Made by a program: the position numbers and the translations under genes. A stretch of 64,000 nucleotides of DNA from Andalucia godoyi And28 (taxonomy: Eukaryota > Protista > Jakobida): assembly GCA_009859145.1 (NCBI GenBank), contig VRVR01000023.1, positions 1 to 64,000 on the forward strand, in the 5' to 3' direction. Positions 63,895 to 64,000 of the stretch are shown in pieces; position 1 is the first letter of the stretch; every line of letters begins with the position of its first letter. The notes below the pieces were generated by a model. That model did not search any database. It worked only from the letters and a program-made list of their open reading frames with translations, and was not told the DNA's origin.

Positions 63895-64000
63895 CCCGTA
63901 CACACACTGCTGAGCGTAGATCCTCGGCAAAAAATATATATATCACGCTTTATCCTGAACAAAAAAGATGAATCCGCCTATTAAATAACACGCACTCTAT

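Overview
Gene-dense, intron-poor eukaryotic (protist-like) nuclear DNA. About 33 protein-coding genes are tightly packed on both strands, separated by AT-rich or microsatellite-rich spacers; only two spliceosomal GT-AG introns could be supported. Recognisable genes: an HPC2/ubinuclein-like protein, an Asp-box surface protein, BTB-BACK, a HAD hydrolase, GTPBP1/2, a head-to-head pair of half-size ABCA transporters, two tandem Rab32/38-like GTPases, an SLC52-like transporter, RCC1-BTB, a nucleus-encoded TatB, a bestrophin, two PH + polyproline paralogues (one ending in a WH2-C-acidic VCA module), DNA ligase IV-like, a bacterial-type permease, an EF-hand protein, a Kelch-cytochrome b561 fusion, ABCG, a P5 ATPase with degenerate motifs, a gustatory-receptor-like 7TM protein, a UGT, NFACT-R, ABHD11-like, Nudix and RPL35A. 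The features least explained by known families are non-coding. One is a pair of tandem 237-bp-period units at the window start with invariant loops and covarying stems. The other is a ~550-bp element present twice (3.6-4.1 kb and 36.6-37.2 kb, inverted) that folds into several hairpins with GNRA/UUCG loops. No rRNA, tRNA, CRISPR array or transposase/RT gene could be supported. All family calls come from motif recognition by eye; no database search was run.
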